A stretch of DNA of 64,000 nt from Heterodontus francisci (GCF_036365525.1 NC_090403.1:51089095-51153094), one strand, 5' to 3'; counted from the first letter of the stretch, positions 22,775-37,254 are shown. Made by a program: numbers and translations. Notes: a model not told the origin generated them from the sequence alone.

Positions 22775-23909
22775 GTGAGCGGGCAGAGGGGAACGGAAAG
22801 GGAATCTGCTGTAATCGGTGTTTTATATCATCGATGCTCCTATTCGAGCACCTTGATAATTAATATAACTATCTAAGCTATCATTTAATGCCGATATTAG
22901 TAATAATTAGCGGACTTTATGGTATAATAAATACTGAAGTCATATCTGTGTCGGCTGCCATGTTGAATCTTTCCCGGTTACTCCGGGGAGGGGATCTCAG
23001 TGTTTTCTATCCACCCTGAAACCAGTTTGCCATTCACTCACACCCCTGGCCACGGAGTTAAAGTGAGAGTTTGTTTTGTGTGAAGTTAAGAGCAGGCCCT
23101 GGTTTCCTTCAGGGCCCAGGCTATGCCTGGTGCAACTGGTTCCAGCAACTAGGCCCAGCCAGCAGCCTGCTCTTGAGGGCAGGGGGATACTTCTTGGTTA
23201 TTGGAACCCAGCCTGGTGTGTGGGGAGACCTCAGCCGAGAGGGACCGGATTAATGGTAAACGTGATCAGCTTTTAAGTTATCTGTGCCATCTTTCATTGC
23301 TATAAAGCTCTTTAAATAGCAGTATAAAATATTGTTGAATGAACAGACAAGCTGGAAATACTCCCAAATCAAACAGGATCTGAGTATTTCCTGCACTTTT
23401 CTGTTCAGATTTCCAGCATCTGTTAAAATAGATTAGTTAAACTGCCCATTCTGCATTTTTCTTATTTTTTGGAAGACTTAAAAGTGCTTTACTTATCTTT
23501 TTTAGTGTAATATATGTTTGCTTCTAGTGTATTGACCTGTCTGCAGGTCCTTGAATGGCCTGTGTGAAGTAATTAGCAATTGGGAGTCCCAGCTCACTGT
23601 GCTCCACCTGGCATTTGATCAGTAACGTGCTGCTTAGGACAGAGATGAGAAATTTCTGTACTCGGAGGGTTGTGAATCTTTGGAATTCTCTACCCCAGAG
23701 GGCTGTGGAAGCTCAGTCATTTGAGTATGTTTAAAGCAGAGATTGACAGGTTTCTAAAAGCCAATAACATAAAGGGATATGGGGATAGTGTGAGGAAAAA
23801 GGCATTGAGATGGATGATCAGTCATGATCGTATTGAATGGTGGAACAGGCTTGATGGACTGAATGGCCTGCTCCATGTTCCTAAAACGTGTCATTTCCAT
23901 TTATTGCAG

Positions 23910-23993
23910 GACGTGGTGGTTCGTCTGGAGCGAAATTTCGCATCTCGCTCGGTCTCCCTGTCGGGGCGGTGATCAACTGTGCCGATAACACAG
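23910..23993 (+). CDS. RPL23: RPL23 exon 2
   Basis: ttgcAG | [28 protein letters not shown] | GTAAGA; 84 nt. Confidence 0.97.
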
Positions 23994-24772
23994 GTAAGAA
24001 CTGTTGTGCTGTGTCCCTTTGGACCCTGCAGGATAAGAAATGCAGTGGGAGATGTGTAGTCCTTTTTATATTTGGTCTCCGTACCTAAAGAAGGAGAAGC
24101 TTTGGACGGAGTGCAGCGAAAGTTCACTAGACTGATTTTTGGGATTGTCCTATGAGGAGTGATTGAGTAAACTAGGCTTATATTTGCTAAAGTTTAGAGG
24201 AATAAGCGGTGATCTCATTGAAACATATAAAATGAAGGCCCTTGGCAGGGTAGATGCTGAGACAATGTTTTCCCTGGCTGAGGGAGTCTGGAACTAGGGG
24301 GTCACAGTTTCAGATTAAGGAGTTGGCCATTTAGGACTGAGAGGAGGAGCAATGTCTTCACTCAAAGGATTATGGATCTTTGCTCCGGAGAGCTGTGGAT
24401 GCTCAGTCATGAAATATGTTCAACACCGATTTTCAATAGATTTTAAGATACTAAGGGATATGGGAATAGTGCACGAAGATCAACCATGATATTGAATGGG
24501 AGAGCGGGCTTGAATGGCCTCTTATTTTTCCTTCAAGGTCTGTTCCAGTAAAATTCTGTAAATGTTTATTCCTCTACTTGAATGTGTTACTGTGATGGAC
24601 AGTCACTACTTTGACCTATTAGGGCATTGATTTTTTTTTTTTAGTCCTATTTCCAATAGGAGCTGTTTGCATGAGACTGTTTGACTGCATTGATTGCTGA
24701 GTGTTCTCAAGCCTATGGCCTGCTGTGAATGGTTATGTACCTAAACAGAGAGCACCTGACTCTGTGCGATAA

Positions 24773-24994
<222 letters not shown>

Positions 24995-25244
24995 TGAGCT
25001 CTTGAAATTGGTGAGTCGGAATGGCGAGGATGTTGCAGCATGTAAGTGTGTCTTTAAGTCGGTAAATTGTCCAATTTCACAGCAATATATTCAATCAACA
25101 AAGGGAATTCTAGAGTACAGCATTTGTTGAATGTAACAGTATTCATCAGGTTATATTTTAACTCATCCAGTGAGTAATCCTGAATGTGAATGTTATTGAA
25201 ATGTTCATTCTGGGGGGGGTCTCCTTTTTCCAACTCCTGCATGT

Positions 25245-25750
25245 CTTGGTCTTATTTAAGGAAGGGTGTAAATGCATTGGAAGCAGTTCAAAGAAGGTTT
25301 ACTAGACTAATACCTGGAATGGGCAGGAAAGGTTGGACAGTCTAGGTGTGTACCCACTGGAGTATAGTGTAAGAGGCTACTTGATTGAAACATAAGATTC
25401 TGAGGGGTCTTGACAGGGCGAGTGTGGAAAGGATGTTTCCTCTTGTGGGAGAATCTAGAACTAGGGGTCACTGTTTAAAAATAAGGGGTCACCCATTTAA
25501 GACAGATGAGAAATTTTTATCTGAGGGTTATGTGTCTTTGGAGTTCTCTTCCTCAAAAGGCGGCGGAAGCAGAGTCTTTGAATATTTTTAAGGCAAAGGT
25601 AGATAGATTCTTGAGAAGCAAGTGGGTGAAAGGTTATCGGGGGTAGGCAAAACTGGAGTCAAGGTTACAGTCAGATCAACCATGATCATATTGAATGGCG
25701 GAGCAGGCTCAAGGGGCCAAGTGGCCTACTCCTGCTCCAAATTTGTATGT
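25245..25750 (+). mobile_element. CR1 3' fragment in RPL23 intron 3 (others at 23635-23885 and 24065-24520)
   Basis: KILRGLDR..ERMFPLVGESRTRGHCLKIRGHPFKT, same family as 13506-14265. Confidence 0.85.
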
Positions 25751-27349
25751 TTTCAATCCACTAAACCAAGCTGGATAAAGAGGAACATGGAGGCAAGTTA
25801 TTTCTAGTTGATTTCTGAATGTGGAAAGGCGATGAGGTTGCCACCAAAAAGGCAAAATATAACTGCATTGGATTGGGAGAGAAGCTGGCAATTATAGGCA
25901 ATGTGGGATTGCTCTTAAGTAACCATAGTAGGTTACACAAATGTTCAGTTTTGCAGCTGGATTGTGGGTTATGTTGAGATTCTTGTTCCTTAAATGACCC
26001 AAATGTGAGGCAGATTTCCTATAAATTAAGTTTATAATTTTCACTGATGTCGGCATCACCTGTATTAGGAATGAGAACTGGTATCTGACCAACTTAAATT
26101 GGTAACCTGCCTGTGGTTTGACTTTTGGATTATTTTCTCTAATGGGACTCTACAGTGGAATTGCTTGGGAAATTGGTGCATTTACTTCAGATATTTTTTG
26201 TTTTCAACAGTGTCGTTGGCACTGAAATTAATGTGGCGTGGCCTGTTACATGTTCTGGGCCTGGTTTACTTTGTGTACGGTGTAGAAGCGGCTGCAGGCA
26301 GTAATTTCATGGCTCCTGTTGTATCCCTTTGATCTGTATTTAGATCTAAGCACCATGTTTTTGGCAATTTTCTGTGGAAACCCCTTGCAGCTTATTCGGT
26401 GAGTCCATGTGTTTTATGTTGTGGTATCCTCAGATCTTGGTCCCTCTTTCGCATTGTGGTTTTGATCATTGTGCCTCCTGTCCCTGCTGAGTATAACATT
26501 TTATTGGCATCCACGTTGATAAAACTGCTTTGAGAGCTCATCTTTTCAACTACATGCACATCTTAGAAGATCCTTTGGGAATGTCTAGTCCTGTTTCTAT
26601 TCGCCTGTCTTCTATTTCAAGCGTGCAGGAGCTTCTGCGTGCTTCATTTGTTCTAGGCTTGAGAATTATGACAGTTGAGATGGTAACTGTTGGGTGACTG
26701 TGAAAATTTAGAAGGTGATTTAAGGGGCAGTTCTGTCTCGTCTTGAGCAACTTAGTTTCATAATGTGTGTTAGTGAGTAACTTGGGATTTCTGGTGGGGA
26801 AAATCATGATGGTCTTGAACGGGGTGGGGGGGGCAAATATTGTTGCACAGCAACCTCAGCCCTAACTTCCAAAACTGTTAGTACCCAAAGGGAAATGGTA
26901 GAAACTGCTCTAAGTGCTCAGTAACTGAGGAAATTTAGTAAATCAACAAAAGCGTGTCCTTATGAAGTCTGATACATTGCAGAAAGCCAGTTGAAGAGTG
27001 GTACTGGAGCCAATTTTTACTCAATCATGCAGTTATTACAGAATTAAATTTTGCAAGTGTACACCTAACGCAACCACAACACAATTTCAATGTCTTGTGC
27101 TCGTGCAACCCCAATTAATGCCCACCACCTGCATGCAATTAATATACAGTTAACATCTGAGTTTGTTCTTCTGTATGAAATTTATTGATTGTTCTAGCAT
27201 CTCCAACTTGAAATGGTGCTTGGGGTTAACATATTCTGTTTCAGTTATCACATATACCTCTCATGTCCCCTATAATTTGCTTCCGTTCAAGACTTGAATA
27301 GTCAGTTCCCTGAATTTTCCTAATAGTTCTATTCTACTGAAAGGGATTC

Positions 27350-27484
27350 ACCCTCCTAAAAGCACTTGCTTTGTCTATACTCTGTGGCTTGGTGAGTTGT
27401 CAAGGATGGGGACAGTAATTCATTACTTTTGGTGAGATTGCCGCTGCTTTGTGCTGTAGAATCTCAATCCGTGGTGGAACAAAG
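27350..27484 (+). ncRNA. SNORA21: H/ACA box snoRNA SNORA21-like, copy 1 (RPL23 intron 3)
   Basis: CCCTCCTAAAAGCACT...GTCAAGGATGGG hairpin, H box ACAGTA (27412-27417), second hairpin with GGTGAG..CTCAATCC, ACA box 27479-27481. Resembles human SNORA21, whose host gene is RPL23. Confidence 0.88.
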
Positions 27485-28211
27485 CAACTAGAATATCTGA
27501 TGATTCTTGAAGGGGGGTGGGGGGAGAGCCTGGATTTAACTGGTTTTACAAGACTGTCATTAGTGTTATGTTTTCTGTGTACTTGCTGTTTAACCATGAA
27601 GATCACTATTGTAAAAGTTTCACAGTGCTCCTGTAACGTGTTACAGTAGATAAATTAGCAACAAAAATAAATAACTGCAGCTACCTGACATGGGCTTTGT
27701 GCTGAATCTGGGGTCTTCCAACTTGTGGGCCTTAACATGCTACGAACCTGTTGAAGCAGGAAGGAGAGGAGCTGTATAAGAAATGTAAGCCCATGTGGCC
27801 AAGTGACTTGTACACTGCCGCTGCTGAAAATTGCTTTCTCTAAAAAGTAAAGTTCAGAATAAGAATTTGAAGTTGGTCTACCAGCTTTGTTGAAGTATGC
27901 TGTTAGCTCATTTGACAACAACTGTGATGAGGAAGGAATCTTCCTGCACCCGATGGCTAGCCGGTGGCCCTGATGGAAAAGTCCATATGTAGGCAGTGGC
28001 TTTGACTTGACATCCCTCCCACTCCCTCACCCCAAGTGCCACTTGCCACTTTCCAGGCTGTTGTGAATAGTGGGCACTTTGGGACTAGTTACTGGCCTGG
28101 TGTAAATGATTTGGGAAGGAATAAGATTGGTGGGAAAAGAATGTTGCTTGTGGTATAATGCCGATTTTGAGCTCTATGTTTGTCTTATCTTTTGATAAGA
28201 CAGCATGTTGA

Positions 28212-28373
<162 letters not shown>

Positions 28374-28627
28374 TAGCCTCTGAATTAAAATGTTCATAGT
28401 TAATTACCATAAATATGAAGCTGCTTTTAAAGCTGAATAGCATGGTCCTGCCATCAGTTTTGACCTTACCTGTGGCAGAGAAATGTGGAGGTAGCCCATG
28501 TCTGTCAGACTAGAAAAGTGGAATTTTTTTCCCAATAGACAGCGTCTGCTCATTCTGGATTTTTTTTTTTTTTTAAACTGTTGCCCAGAGCTCCCAACCT
28601 TTGTATTATATGTTGAATGATATAGTT

Positions 28628-28763
28628 CCCTCCCTAAAAGCACTTGCTTTGCCTCTTATCCGTGGCTGAGCAAATTGTCGAGGGAGGGCAGAGGAACACA
28701 TTGCCTTTGGGTGAGGTGGCAGCTGCCTCGTGCTGTCCAATCTCAATCCGCGGTGTGACAAGT
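28628..28763 (+). ncRNA. SNORA21: H/ACA box snoRNA SNORA21-like, copy 2 (RPL23 intron 4)
   Basis: CCCTCCCTAAAAGCACTTGC...GTCGAGGGAGGG hairpin, H box AGAGGA (28690-28695), GGGTGAG..CTCAATCCG hairpin, ACA box 28758-28760; clear paralogue of copy 1. Confidence 0.9.
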
Positions 28764-29346
28764 CACTCTAGCACAAACTCCTGAAGCATGGCCTGGTCAC
28801 CTTTCCCCATCTTTTCTCCAACACCCACCCCCCCCCAACTTCAACAATGAGCTGAAGACTCATTCTGGTTCGGAGGAGCAAAAGCGGCTCATGTTGAGAC
28901 TGGATTTTGGAAAAGTTTACTTGCCAATTATTTTCTGCCCCAGTTGACTGGCAGTAGGGATCAAACTTTGTACTTTCTTGGTTTATTCAGCTGCTGGTTG
29001 GATCAGTTCGCTGGGCCAAGGGTTAGTTTCATTATGAATTTTAAAAGGGCTGACCAAATATAGATCAGAAACTCCCTTACATCATTCATGTTGTCTTGTC
29101 TGTTGATCATTAGATTCCAATTGCAAATGGTTTTGCTCAACGATTGAAATTTTTCAAGTTAAGTACCATCCAGTGCATGGAACATTATGTGCTGTAATTC
29201 TGAAGTGATGGGACTCTGCAGGTGGAGCAGAAATGATTGTGCCCTGTCACTTTACTCAAGACTTGGACTGTGGCATAATCTCTCAATGTATAACTGAAGC
29301 TCAAGTGGGCAGTTGAATGATTGGGATTACCTTGTTCCATTTTTGA

Positions 29347-29463
<117 letters not shown>

Positions 29464-29502
29464 GAGTTGTAAAAGTTTCCTGCCAAGATATCTGAACAAT
29501 TC

Positions 29503-29622
29503 AATAAATATTTTTACCCCGAAACACGAGCAGTCATTGATTTCTTTTGACCATGTCCCTAATTTATTTGTTGCATCTTTTGTAATTAGATACAGTTTGC
29601 CATCTGTGTTTGTGTAAATAAA
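29503..29622 (+). terminator. RPL23 polyadenylation signals (two AATAAA)
   Basis: AATAAA at 29503-29508 and 29617-29622 downstream of the stop codon. Confidence 0.7.
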
Positions 29623-31766
29623 CAATTTTTAACATTCTTCATTCAGTCTTGCATTTCAATATCAGCAGTGTCTTTAAACGAGATGAATGGTAAACCGTGG
29701 TATTGACTAAGTCAAAGCATCATGTTCTGAATGTTTTTGCCTCCAGAAAGAGTGTTAATGCTACATCAGTTTACTACAATTGACTTTTTTACACAGCTGT
29801 CCAATTTCCCCACATTGGCTAAGTTGGTACATCTCTAAAGTCTTGACTATTTTTTGTTTTAAAATTCTCTCCCACTATGGGAATAGAGGGATACGGTCCC
29901 CAGAAGTGCAGAAGGTTTTAGTTTAGACAGGCATCAAGTTCGGCGCAGGCTTGGAGTGCTGAATGGCCTGTTCCTGTGCTGTATTGTTCTTTGTTCTATC
30001 TTATGATTTACTTCCAACTCCTCTCCATTCTGTCGATCTCTACTCTCTAGTGTTCCTCTTTGCAGCACTCTGCCTCCAACCTCCCATTGTATGCTCTATG
30101 CTTCAGGTCACCCATGTGCAATGCAACAGGAGATCTGGTTGTATGAACTAAAGGAGAGTGTGTAGAAAGAAAGATTTGCATTTAATATAGTGTCTTTTAC
30201 TACCTCAGTACCAAAGTGTTTTGGAACCAATTAAGTACTGTTTTGTAGTGTGGTAACTTGGAGGAAACAGCAGTCAATTTGTGCACAGTAAGGACACAAA
30301 ACAGCAATGTAAAGACGGCAGTACCATGCTGGATTATCAGCCTAGATTTTGTACTTGGGTCTCGAGAGCAATTTAACCCTACTGACCGCCTGGCTCAGGT
30401 GTTAGCATTCCCCGAGTCAAAAAATTGTGGGTTCAAGTCCCACGCTAGCGCTTGAGAATTAAAAGCAAGACGACATTCCAGTGCAGTACCAAGGGAGTGC
30501 TGCCTTTTGGCAGAGATATTAAACCAAGGCCCAGTCTGTGCTCAGGTGGATGTGAAATATCCCATGCCACTATTTCAAAGAGTAGGGGAGTTATCATGGT
30601 CGATGCTTATCCCTCAATCACCATCACTATAAAATAGATTAACTAATCATCACATTGCTGTTGGTGGGAGCTTGCTGTGTGCAATTGGCTGTTGAATTTC
30701 TACACTACAACAGTGCTCATTGGTTGTAAAGTGCTTTTAACATCTGGTCATGCAAGCTGCTATATAAATGCAAATTTTTCTTTCTGAATGATGATGAATG
30801 CCAATGGGATCTGGTGATGGGGAGGATTTGAACTGGAATTGCACAGAAGGGCCATTCAAGCTATCATATCTTTGCTGGCTTTTTGAAGAAATGGGACAAT
30901 TAGTCCCAGTTCCATGCACTTTTCCCCATACCTCCAATTAAGAAGGCCTGTCTTATTGCTGATCAATTGCAGTTGAAATTCTGCAATTTATTGGAAATTC
31001 TGCAGCTAGGGTAGCAACTGAGTTAACTGTTCACCTTAATTCCCTTGGGATCAGGATAGGGAAATGATATATCCAAGGTCTCATTCCTGATCACTATCAC
31101 TACTGAAAGTACATGTGCAAAAGTGGAATGAGGGCAGGATCAGGCTTTGATGGTCTTCGCAGTTGAATAAACGTTTAGCCTCAGTGCTGTGTCAAACTTG
31201 AGAAGCAGCCCGTGTATTTTTGGGGGATAATATGTATATTTAAAGATACACAAGATCACATTAATTTTTAATTCATATAGCTAGTAAGATTTTCGCTGCT
31301 AATTATTAAACCTGATGTCGAATATTCAAAATCTTGAATATTTAAATGATGCTCCTTGAGTGTCAGCCATGACGCAGTAGCACTTTCCCCTCTGAGTCAC
31401 AAGGTTCTGGGGTAAGACCCACTCCAGGACTCCAGCACAAAAATGAAAGCTGACACTTCAACGCAGTACTGAGGAAGTGCAGCACTGTTAGAGGTGCTGT
31501 GTTTTGGGTGAGACATTAAACTGATGTCCCACCTGCTCTCTCATGGTACTATTTCGAAGAGGAACGGGAGTTAGCGCTGGTGTCCTTCAACATCTCAAAA
31601 TATATTAGCTGCTCATTGTCAGATTGCTGTTTGGGGGAGCTTGCTATGCACAAATTGGCTGCCACTTTTCCTAAATTACAACGGTGACTACACTTCAAAA
31701 GTACTTCATTGGCTTTGAGATGTCCGGTGGTTGGGAAAAGTGCTATGTAAATGCAAGTCTTTCTTG

Positions 31767-32566
31767 TGTCATGCAGGCCCCCACCTGCCAAGAATGAGGC
31801 ACATTAATTTTGCCACACGGACATTACATTTTAAATTGTTGCTGGGAAGAAGGGAAGGCCTATTATAAGGGGTTGTAGGCCTCTGGCTGGAAGGACATTT
31901 TTGCATATTAACAGACACTGCTTGGTACAAAAGGACCCACCCAATACACAAAGCCAGAGGTGTTTATACCAGTCACGTGACTACCCTGCTGGCCAACTTG
32001 GGGAGTTTTAAATTGTAGAGACAGTGTTTGAACTGGCAGAAAGCTCTGTGCTCCTGGATTGAAAAGACCCCCCACCGCTCCCATCTCTTTCTCGCGGAAC
32101 TGAAACCCACTGAAGACACATGAACCCCAACAGAGAAAAGTCTCCTACAGTGAACAAGGTTTAAGAAGAATACTGCGCCCCAACGAAAAGCAAGATCAAC
32201 CTACAAAAGGACTCTACAGTGAGCTTGAAGAACCATAACAAACTTCAGATATTGCCTCAAATGTTTCCATTTTTTTTTTCTTCTGCTCTTTTCTGTCCCT
32301 ATCTGCATGTATGCATGCTAGCGTGGGCACGTTGTGTATCCGTAGGTGTTGACTGAATTAGAGTTTAAGTTTAATAAATTTCACTTCTTTAAACCTAAGA
32401 ATGCCTGTTTGTGCTCATTTCTTTGCCTTATAATTGTAAAGCGGTGAACAAGGATTCACAAAGGGGGAGCTCAAAACACGGTGTGTTTAAAATTAAACCC
32501 TGTTACAGTAAGACCAAGTGAAGGCTGAGAGGGATCCCTGGATACCTTTCTCACCTGATCGTAAAA
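31767..32566 (+). mobile_element. Solo LTR (~800 bp)
   Basis: Begins TGTCATG and ends CACCTGATCGTAAAA (decayed ..TAACA); near-TSD CTTG/CTAG; internal AATAAA; homologous to 32995-33531. Confidence 0.7.
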
Positions 32567-32832
32567 CTAGGATTTAAGAAAGGCATTTTATTTCTATAAC
32601 TGTATAGATTTTGTGGTTCTCAGCTCTTTATGGTAGTTACATGATTTCATACATGTGGTTGAGACGTATAGTATTATACAATGATAGATGTTACATGTAA
32701 ATCTTAGTAAATACAGTATATTCCCTGAAAGACTCCCTACTGTATATGCAAGTAGAATGGACTGCAGATAATTGCATCTCTCGCATTTTCTCATTACTTC
32801 CAGTTAAGCCAGTCCCTTCATAACCTTAAAAT

Positions 32833-32965
32833 AAAAGCAAAATACTGCGGATGCTGGAAATCTGAAATAAAAACAAGAAATGCTGGAATCACTCAGCAGG
32901 TCTGGCAGCATCTGTGGAAAGAGAAGCAGAGTTAACGTTTCAGGTCTGTGACCTTTCATCAAACC
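32833..32965 (-). mobile_element. Penelope-derived short element, hammerhead core damaged
   Basis: AAAAGCAAAATACTGCGGATGCTGG...GAGTTAACGTTTCAGGTCTGTGACCTTTCATCAAA; core reads TTGATGA and stem I is lost. Confidence 0.8.
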
Positions 32966-32994
32966 CTGATGAACCCTTTCATCACATCTGAGAA

Positions 32995-33531
32995 CATCTC
33001 TCTCCTGTCTGCTCTCATCTCACTCTCACCAGCTTCGGAAACCATTGAAGACATATGAACCCCAAGAGATAGAAAAGTCTCCTACAGTGAACAAGGTTTA
33101 AGAAGAATACTGGGCCCCAACGAAAAGCAAGAGTACCTACAATCAAAGACCCTACAGCGAGCTCGAAGCACAGTAAAAAAAAACTTCAGAAATTACCTCA
33201 AACCTCTCCATTTTATTTTTCTTCTGCTCTTTTCTGTCCCGATTTACATGTGTGTATTGCATGTGCATGCTAGTGTGGGTGTGTTGTATATCTGTAGGCA
33301 TTACCTGCATTACAGTTTAAGTTTAAAGTTTAATAAATTTCACTTTTATTCTTTAACCCTGAGAAAAACCGGGTGTGCTCATTTCTTTGCCTTAAAATTG
33401 CAAAACTGTGAGCAAGGATTCACAAAGGGGGAGCTCAAAACACAGTGTGTTTAAAAATTAAATCCTGTTACGATAAGACCAGGTGAAGACAGTAAAAGAC
33501 CCCTAGACACCTTTCTCACCTGGTCATAACA
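32995..33531 (+). mobile_element. Partial solo LTR (3' half), same family as 31767-32566
   Basis: Shares AGAAAAGTCTCCTACAGTGAACAAGGTTTAAGAAGAATACTG etc.; ends CACCTGGTCATAACA. Confidence 0.75.
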
Positions 33532-33953
33532 AATGCACATTTTAATCTTGCCCCTCCCCCCTCTTCCACCGTATGGACATCAGTCGCTGGTTGCCCGCTT
33601 TGCTTGCGAGCTTCTATCTGCAGTGGCTGATGCCAGTCTTCCTCTGCAGCGTATCTGTGTTGACAGAAAAGTAAGTCACAGCGGAGACCGTGAAACTTAA
33701 AAAAATTGCAACTTAATGCAAGTTACTGTGTTGTGAACAAATGCTTAATACAGAATTGCGGAAATATTAGTATTTTATCTGCACCGAGATTGGCACGATT
33801 GAAAAAAAAAACGTGGGTTACAAGTTAAACTTTAATGTTATGGAAACGTAATAGTGAGCCCTGTGACTGATACTGTGACATTAACAGGGTTGGGGATAGT
33901 TATAGCTAGGTTATAGGTTGGGGGGTGGGCATACATGAACCAGCGCTGGAACC

Positions 33954-34187
33954 ATGAGCAAAGCTTCCTGTCCTCCTGGGCTTTGTTGTCTGGATTATGA
34001 CTACTTCAAAAGAGAAAGAGGTTTCATTTTAGACGGTGTGGCCGTTAGCTCCAGCGCCTACGGATACGGCAAACTCAATCCCAAAATGTGTGATGTTATT
34101 CCGCCTTACAACGCCCAGACTGACCCTTACTCTAAGTTCTATTTCCATAGCAAAGAAATGAAAAGGCTTCTCAAGAAGACTGACCAG
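33954..34187 (+). CDS. SPMAP1: Sperm microtubule-associated protein 1 (C17orf98 orthologue), coding exon 1
   Basis: ACCATG start; ERGFILDGVAVSS..IPPYNAQTDPY..LLKKTDQ | GTATCT matches human C17orf98 EKGFILDGVAVST..IPPYNAQQDYH..LLRKTDQ; syntenic between RPL23 and CWC25. Confidence 0.92.
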
Positions 34188-35179
34188 GTATCTCCGGGCT
34201 TACACTTTACAACAGAAGAGTTGCTGGACATGATGTCTACATTGACCATCCATCTAGCGAATAAAACGGATGTATGGTCCCAGTTGATTAGACAGTGAAA
34301 ATATGGTACAATGGAAGCCATCACACCTCGCACCGGTGATGTGGAAGTATTTGATAAGTATAGGGTCAGAAACCACATTGATTGTGATTTTCTTGACCTA
34401 TTACTGATTGTTTTACTTGGCTTCATTGCTTTTTGTTGAGAAAAGGAAATAATTCTTCACAGAGAGAGACTTTGCTTTAGGAGCATCTACAGAACTGTAA
34501 AGTCTAATAATTTATGCGAGATTAGAATGTAACCTTTATTTTAACCTTATATGATAGAGCTGATAGGAAAGACCTATTTCCCTTACAGAGATCAATAACC
34601 AGGGGGCATAGATTTAAAGTAATTGATAGAAAGATTAGAGGGGAATTGAGTATTCTTTTCACCCTCATCATATTTACAAAAAACACTTGGATACTAACTT
34701 GAAGTGCCACAGCCTACAGGGCTACGGACCAAGAGCTGGAAGGTGGGATTAGACTGGATCGTAGTTTTTTCAGCTGGCACCGACATGATGGGCTGAATGG
34801 CCTCATTCTGTGCCATAAATCTGTCTATGTTTCTATTTGACTCTCTTGCTTCTACCTCCTTGTCTCAGTTGCTCCTCTTGTCTGCCTGCTATTTATTTTT
34901 GCTTTGTGTTTAAGTTCATTTCTATTCTCTTCCTCTCTTTTTTTGATTGCTTCCTTCTGTTTTCTTTCTCTTTGCATTCCTATCTTTTTATTCTTTCTCT
35001 TGGTTAGTCCTGTGCTCAGTTAGAATCCACTGCACCAAGCCTATGTGTCTTTTTTCGCTTTTAAAGGTACGGTTCAACAGCAATGGGCTTGCTCTAGTGA
35101 TTAGCTCAAGTAACCATTATTCATGAGTGAGACATGAGTATCTGTAGTTAATAAACCATTTGGGGAGGATTATCACACA

Positions 35180-36325
35180 CAACATAAAAGGTTATTGTGC
35201 AAAGTAGGAGCTCATGGTTTAGGAGGTAACATATTAGCATGGATAGAAGATTGGCTGGCAGAAAACAGAGTATGAATAAATGGGTCCTTTTCTGATTGGC
35301 AGGATGTGACGAGTGGAGTCCCGCAGGGGTCTGTGCTGGGGCCTCAACTTTTTACAATTTATATCAATGACTTAGATGAGGAGAGCGAAGGCATGGTAGC
35401 TAAATTTGCAGATGACACAAAGATAGGTAGGAAAGTATGTTGTGAAGAGGACATAAGGGGTTACAGACTGCTATAGACAGGTTGAGTGAGTGGGTAAAAA
35501 TCTGGCAGATGGAGTACATGTGGGAAAATATGAAGTTATTTGGCAGGATGGATTAAAAAAGCAGAATATTACTTAAACGGAGAATGACTGCAGAATTCCG
35601 AGTAGCAGAGGGATCTAGGTGTTTTAGTACATGAGTCACAAAAAGTTAGTATGCAGGTACAGCAAGTAATAAAGAAGCCTAATGGAATGCTATCCTTTAT
35701 TATGAGAGGAATTGAAAATAAAAGTAAGGATGTTATGTTTCAGTTATATAGGACATTGGTGATACCACATCTCGAATGCAGTGTGCAGTTTTGGCCTCTT
35801 TATTTAAGGAATAAATTGGAGGTGGTTCAGAGGACGTTTACGAGATTGATACCTGGAATGAGCGGGTTGTCGTATGAGGAAAGGTTGGACAGACTGGGCT
35901 TGTTTTCACTGGAGTTTAGAAGAGTGAGGGGAAACTTGACTGATGTATATAAGATCCTGAACGGTCTTGACAAGGTGGATGTGGAAAGGATGTTTCCTCT
36001 TGTGGGAGAGTCCAGAACTAAGAGGCACTGTTTTAAAATTACGGGTCGCCCTTTTAGGACAGAGATGAGGAGAAATTCTTTCTCTCAGGGGGTTGTACAA
36101 CTTTGGAATTCTTTGCCTCAGAAGGTGGTGAAGGCGGGACAGTGAATATTTTTAAGGTGAAGGTAGATAGATTCTTGTTAGGCAAGGGAATCAAAGCTTA
36201 TTGGGAGTAGATGGGAGTGTGGAATTCGAGACCGAAACAGATCAGCCATGATCTTATTGAGTGGCAGAGCAGGCATGAGGGGCTGATTGGCCTACATCTG
36301 CTCCTAATCCGTATGGTCCTATGGT
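35180..36325 (+). mobile_element. CR1 LINE, 5'-truncated, decayed
   Basis: [22 protein letters not shown] 35651-36145 and CR1 3' UTR. Confidence 0.88.
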
Positions 36326-37254
36326 CATAAGACCAAACTTGTCTTTTTTATCCATTTACGTGATGTTGGAGTCGCTGGCAAGGCCAGCATTGAATGCCCG
36401 ACCCTAAATAACTGAGTGTCTTGCTAGGCCAGTTCAGAGAACAGTTAAGAGTCAGCTACATTGCTGTTGGTCTGGAGTCACATATAGGCCAGACCAGGTA
36501 AGGCCAGCAGATTTCCTTCCCTGAAGGACATTAATAAATCTGATATTTTTTTTGCAATAACCTGGTAATTACATGGTCACCATTACTAATACTAGCTTTT
36601 TATTCCAGAATTATTTAATTAATTGAATTTAAATTCCCAGCTGCCATGTTGGGATTTGATCTCATAGGCCAAAGTTGCAGTTAGGTAATATGAGAAGCTT
36701 TCTCAATGGCTCAGTTGCTCAGTGTGTATTACCTTGTGCAAAACAGAGCTATGCAGACCAAGAAGCTCTGAGATTTGATTCGTGGCCTGTGCTGTATTAG
36801 TTGACCTGGGGCGGGGATGTTTAAGGTTGGACAGGTTAAGAAAAATATCAATATTGTTTTCCATTCCTGATCATTCGCCAGTGACACTTGCTGGAAAACA
36901 TGCATGTGTGGTCTTAGAGTGAAGATTTAATCAGCCTCAGCTTTGATTCAAAGGACGTAGCAAGGTAACACTTATTGTTTGAGCTCTGCATAAAGAATGG
37001 TCACCTGAGCAAGAGACAGAAGGGAAACTAGCATCTCTGGGACCATACCCAGTCTTTGTAGGAGAGAACGGGGAGGTGGAGGTGATGTGGGCTTGAATTT
37101 TGGGGTGTGAGGGTGGTGGTGGGGGAGGGGGGGGTGAAGACAAAGGATGAACAGTGAAAAAGAGTAATGTTAAAGTTAGAAAAGATGCAGCATGATATTT
37201 AGTTTGCGATTTCAATTCATTACAACAATTTGATCAGTAAATAATCTTTGTTAG

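Noticed and set aside
27924-27973. Possible C/D box snoRNA (GTGATGA...CTGA) in RPL23 intron 3
   Set aside because: Only ~50 nt between boxes, no clear terminal stem and no recognisable rRNA guide.
34188-34298. C-terminal extension of ORF 33954-34298
   Set aside because: Homology stops at KTDQ, where a GT donor splices in frame to exon 2 at 37255; the extension is intron.
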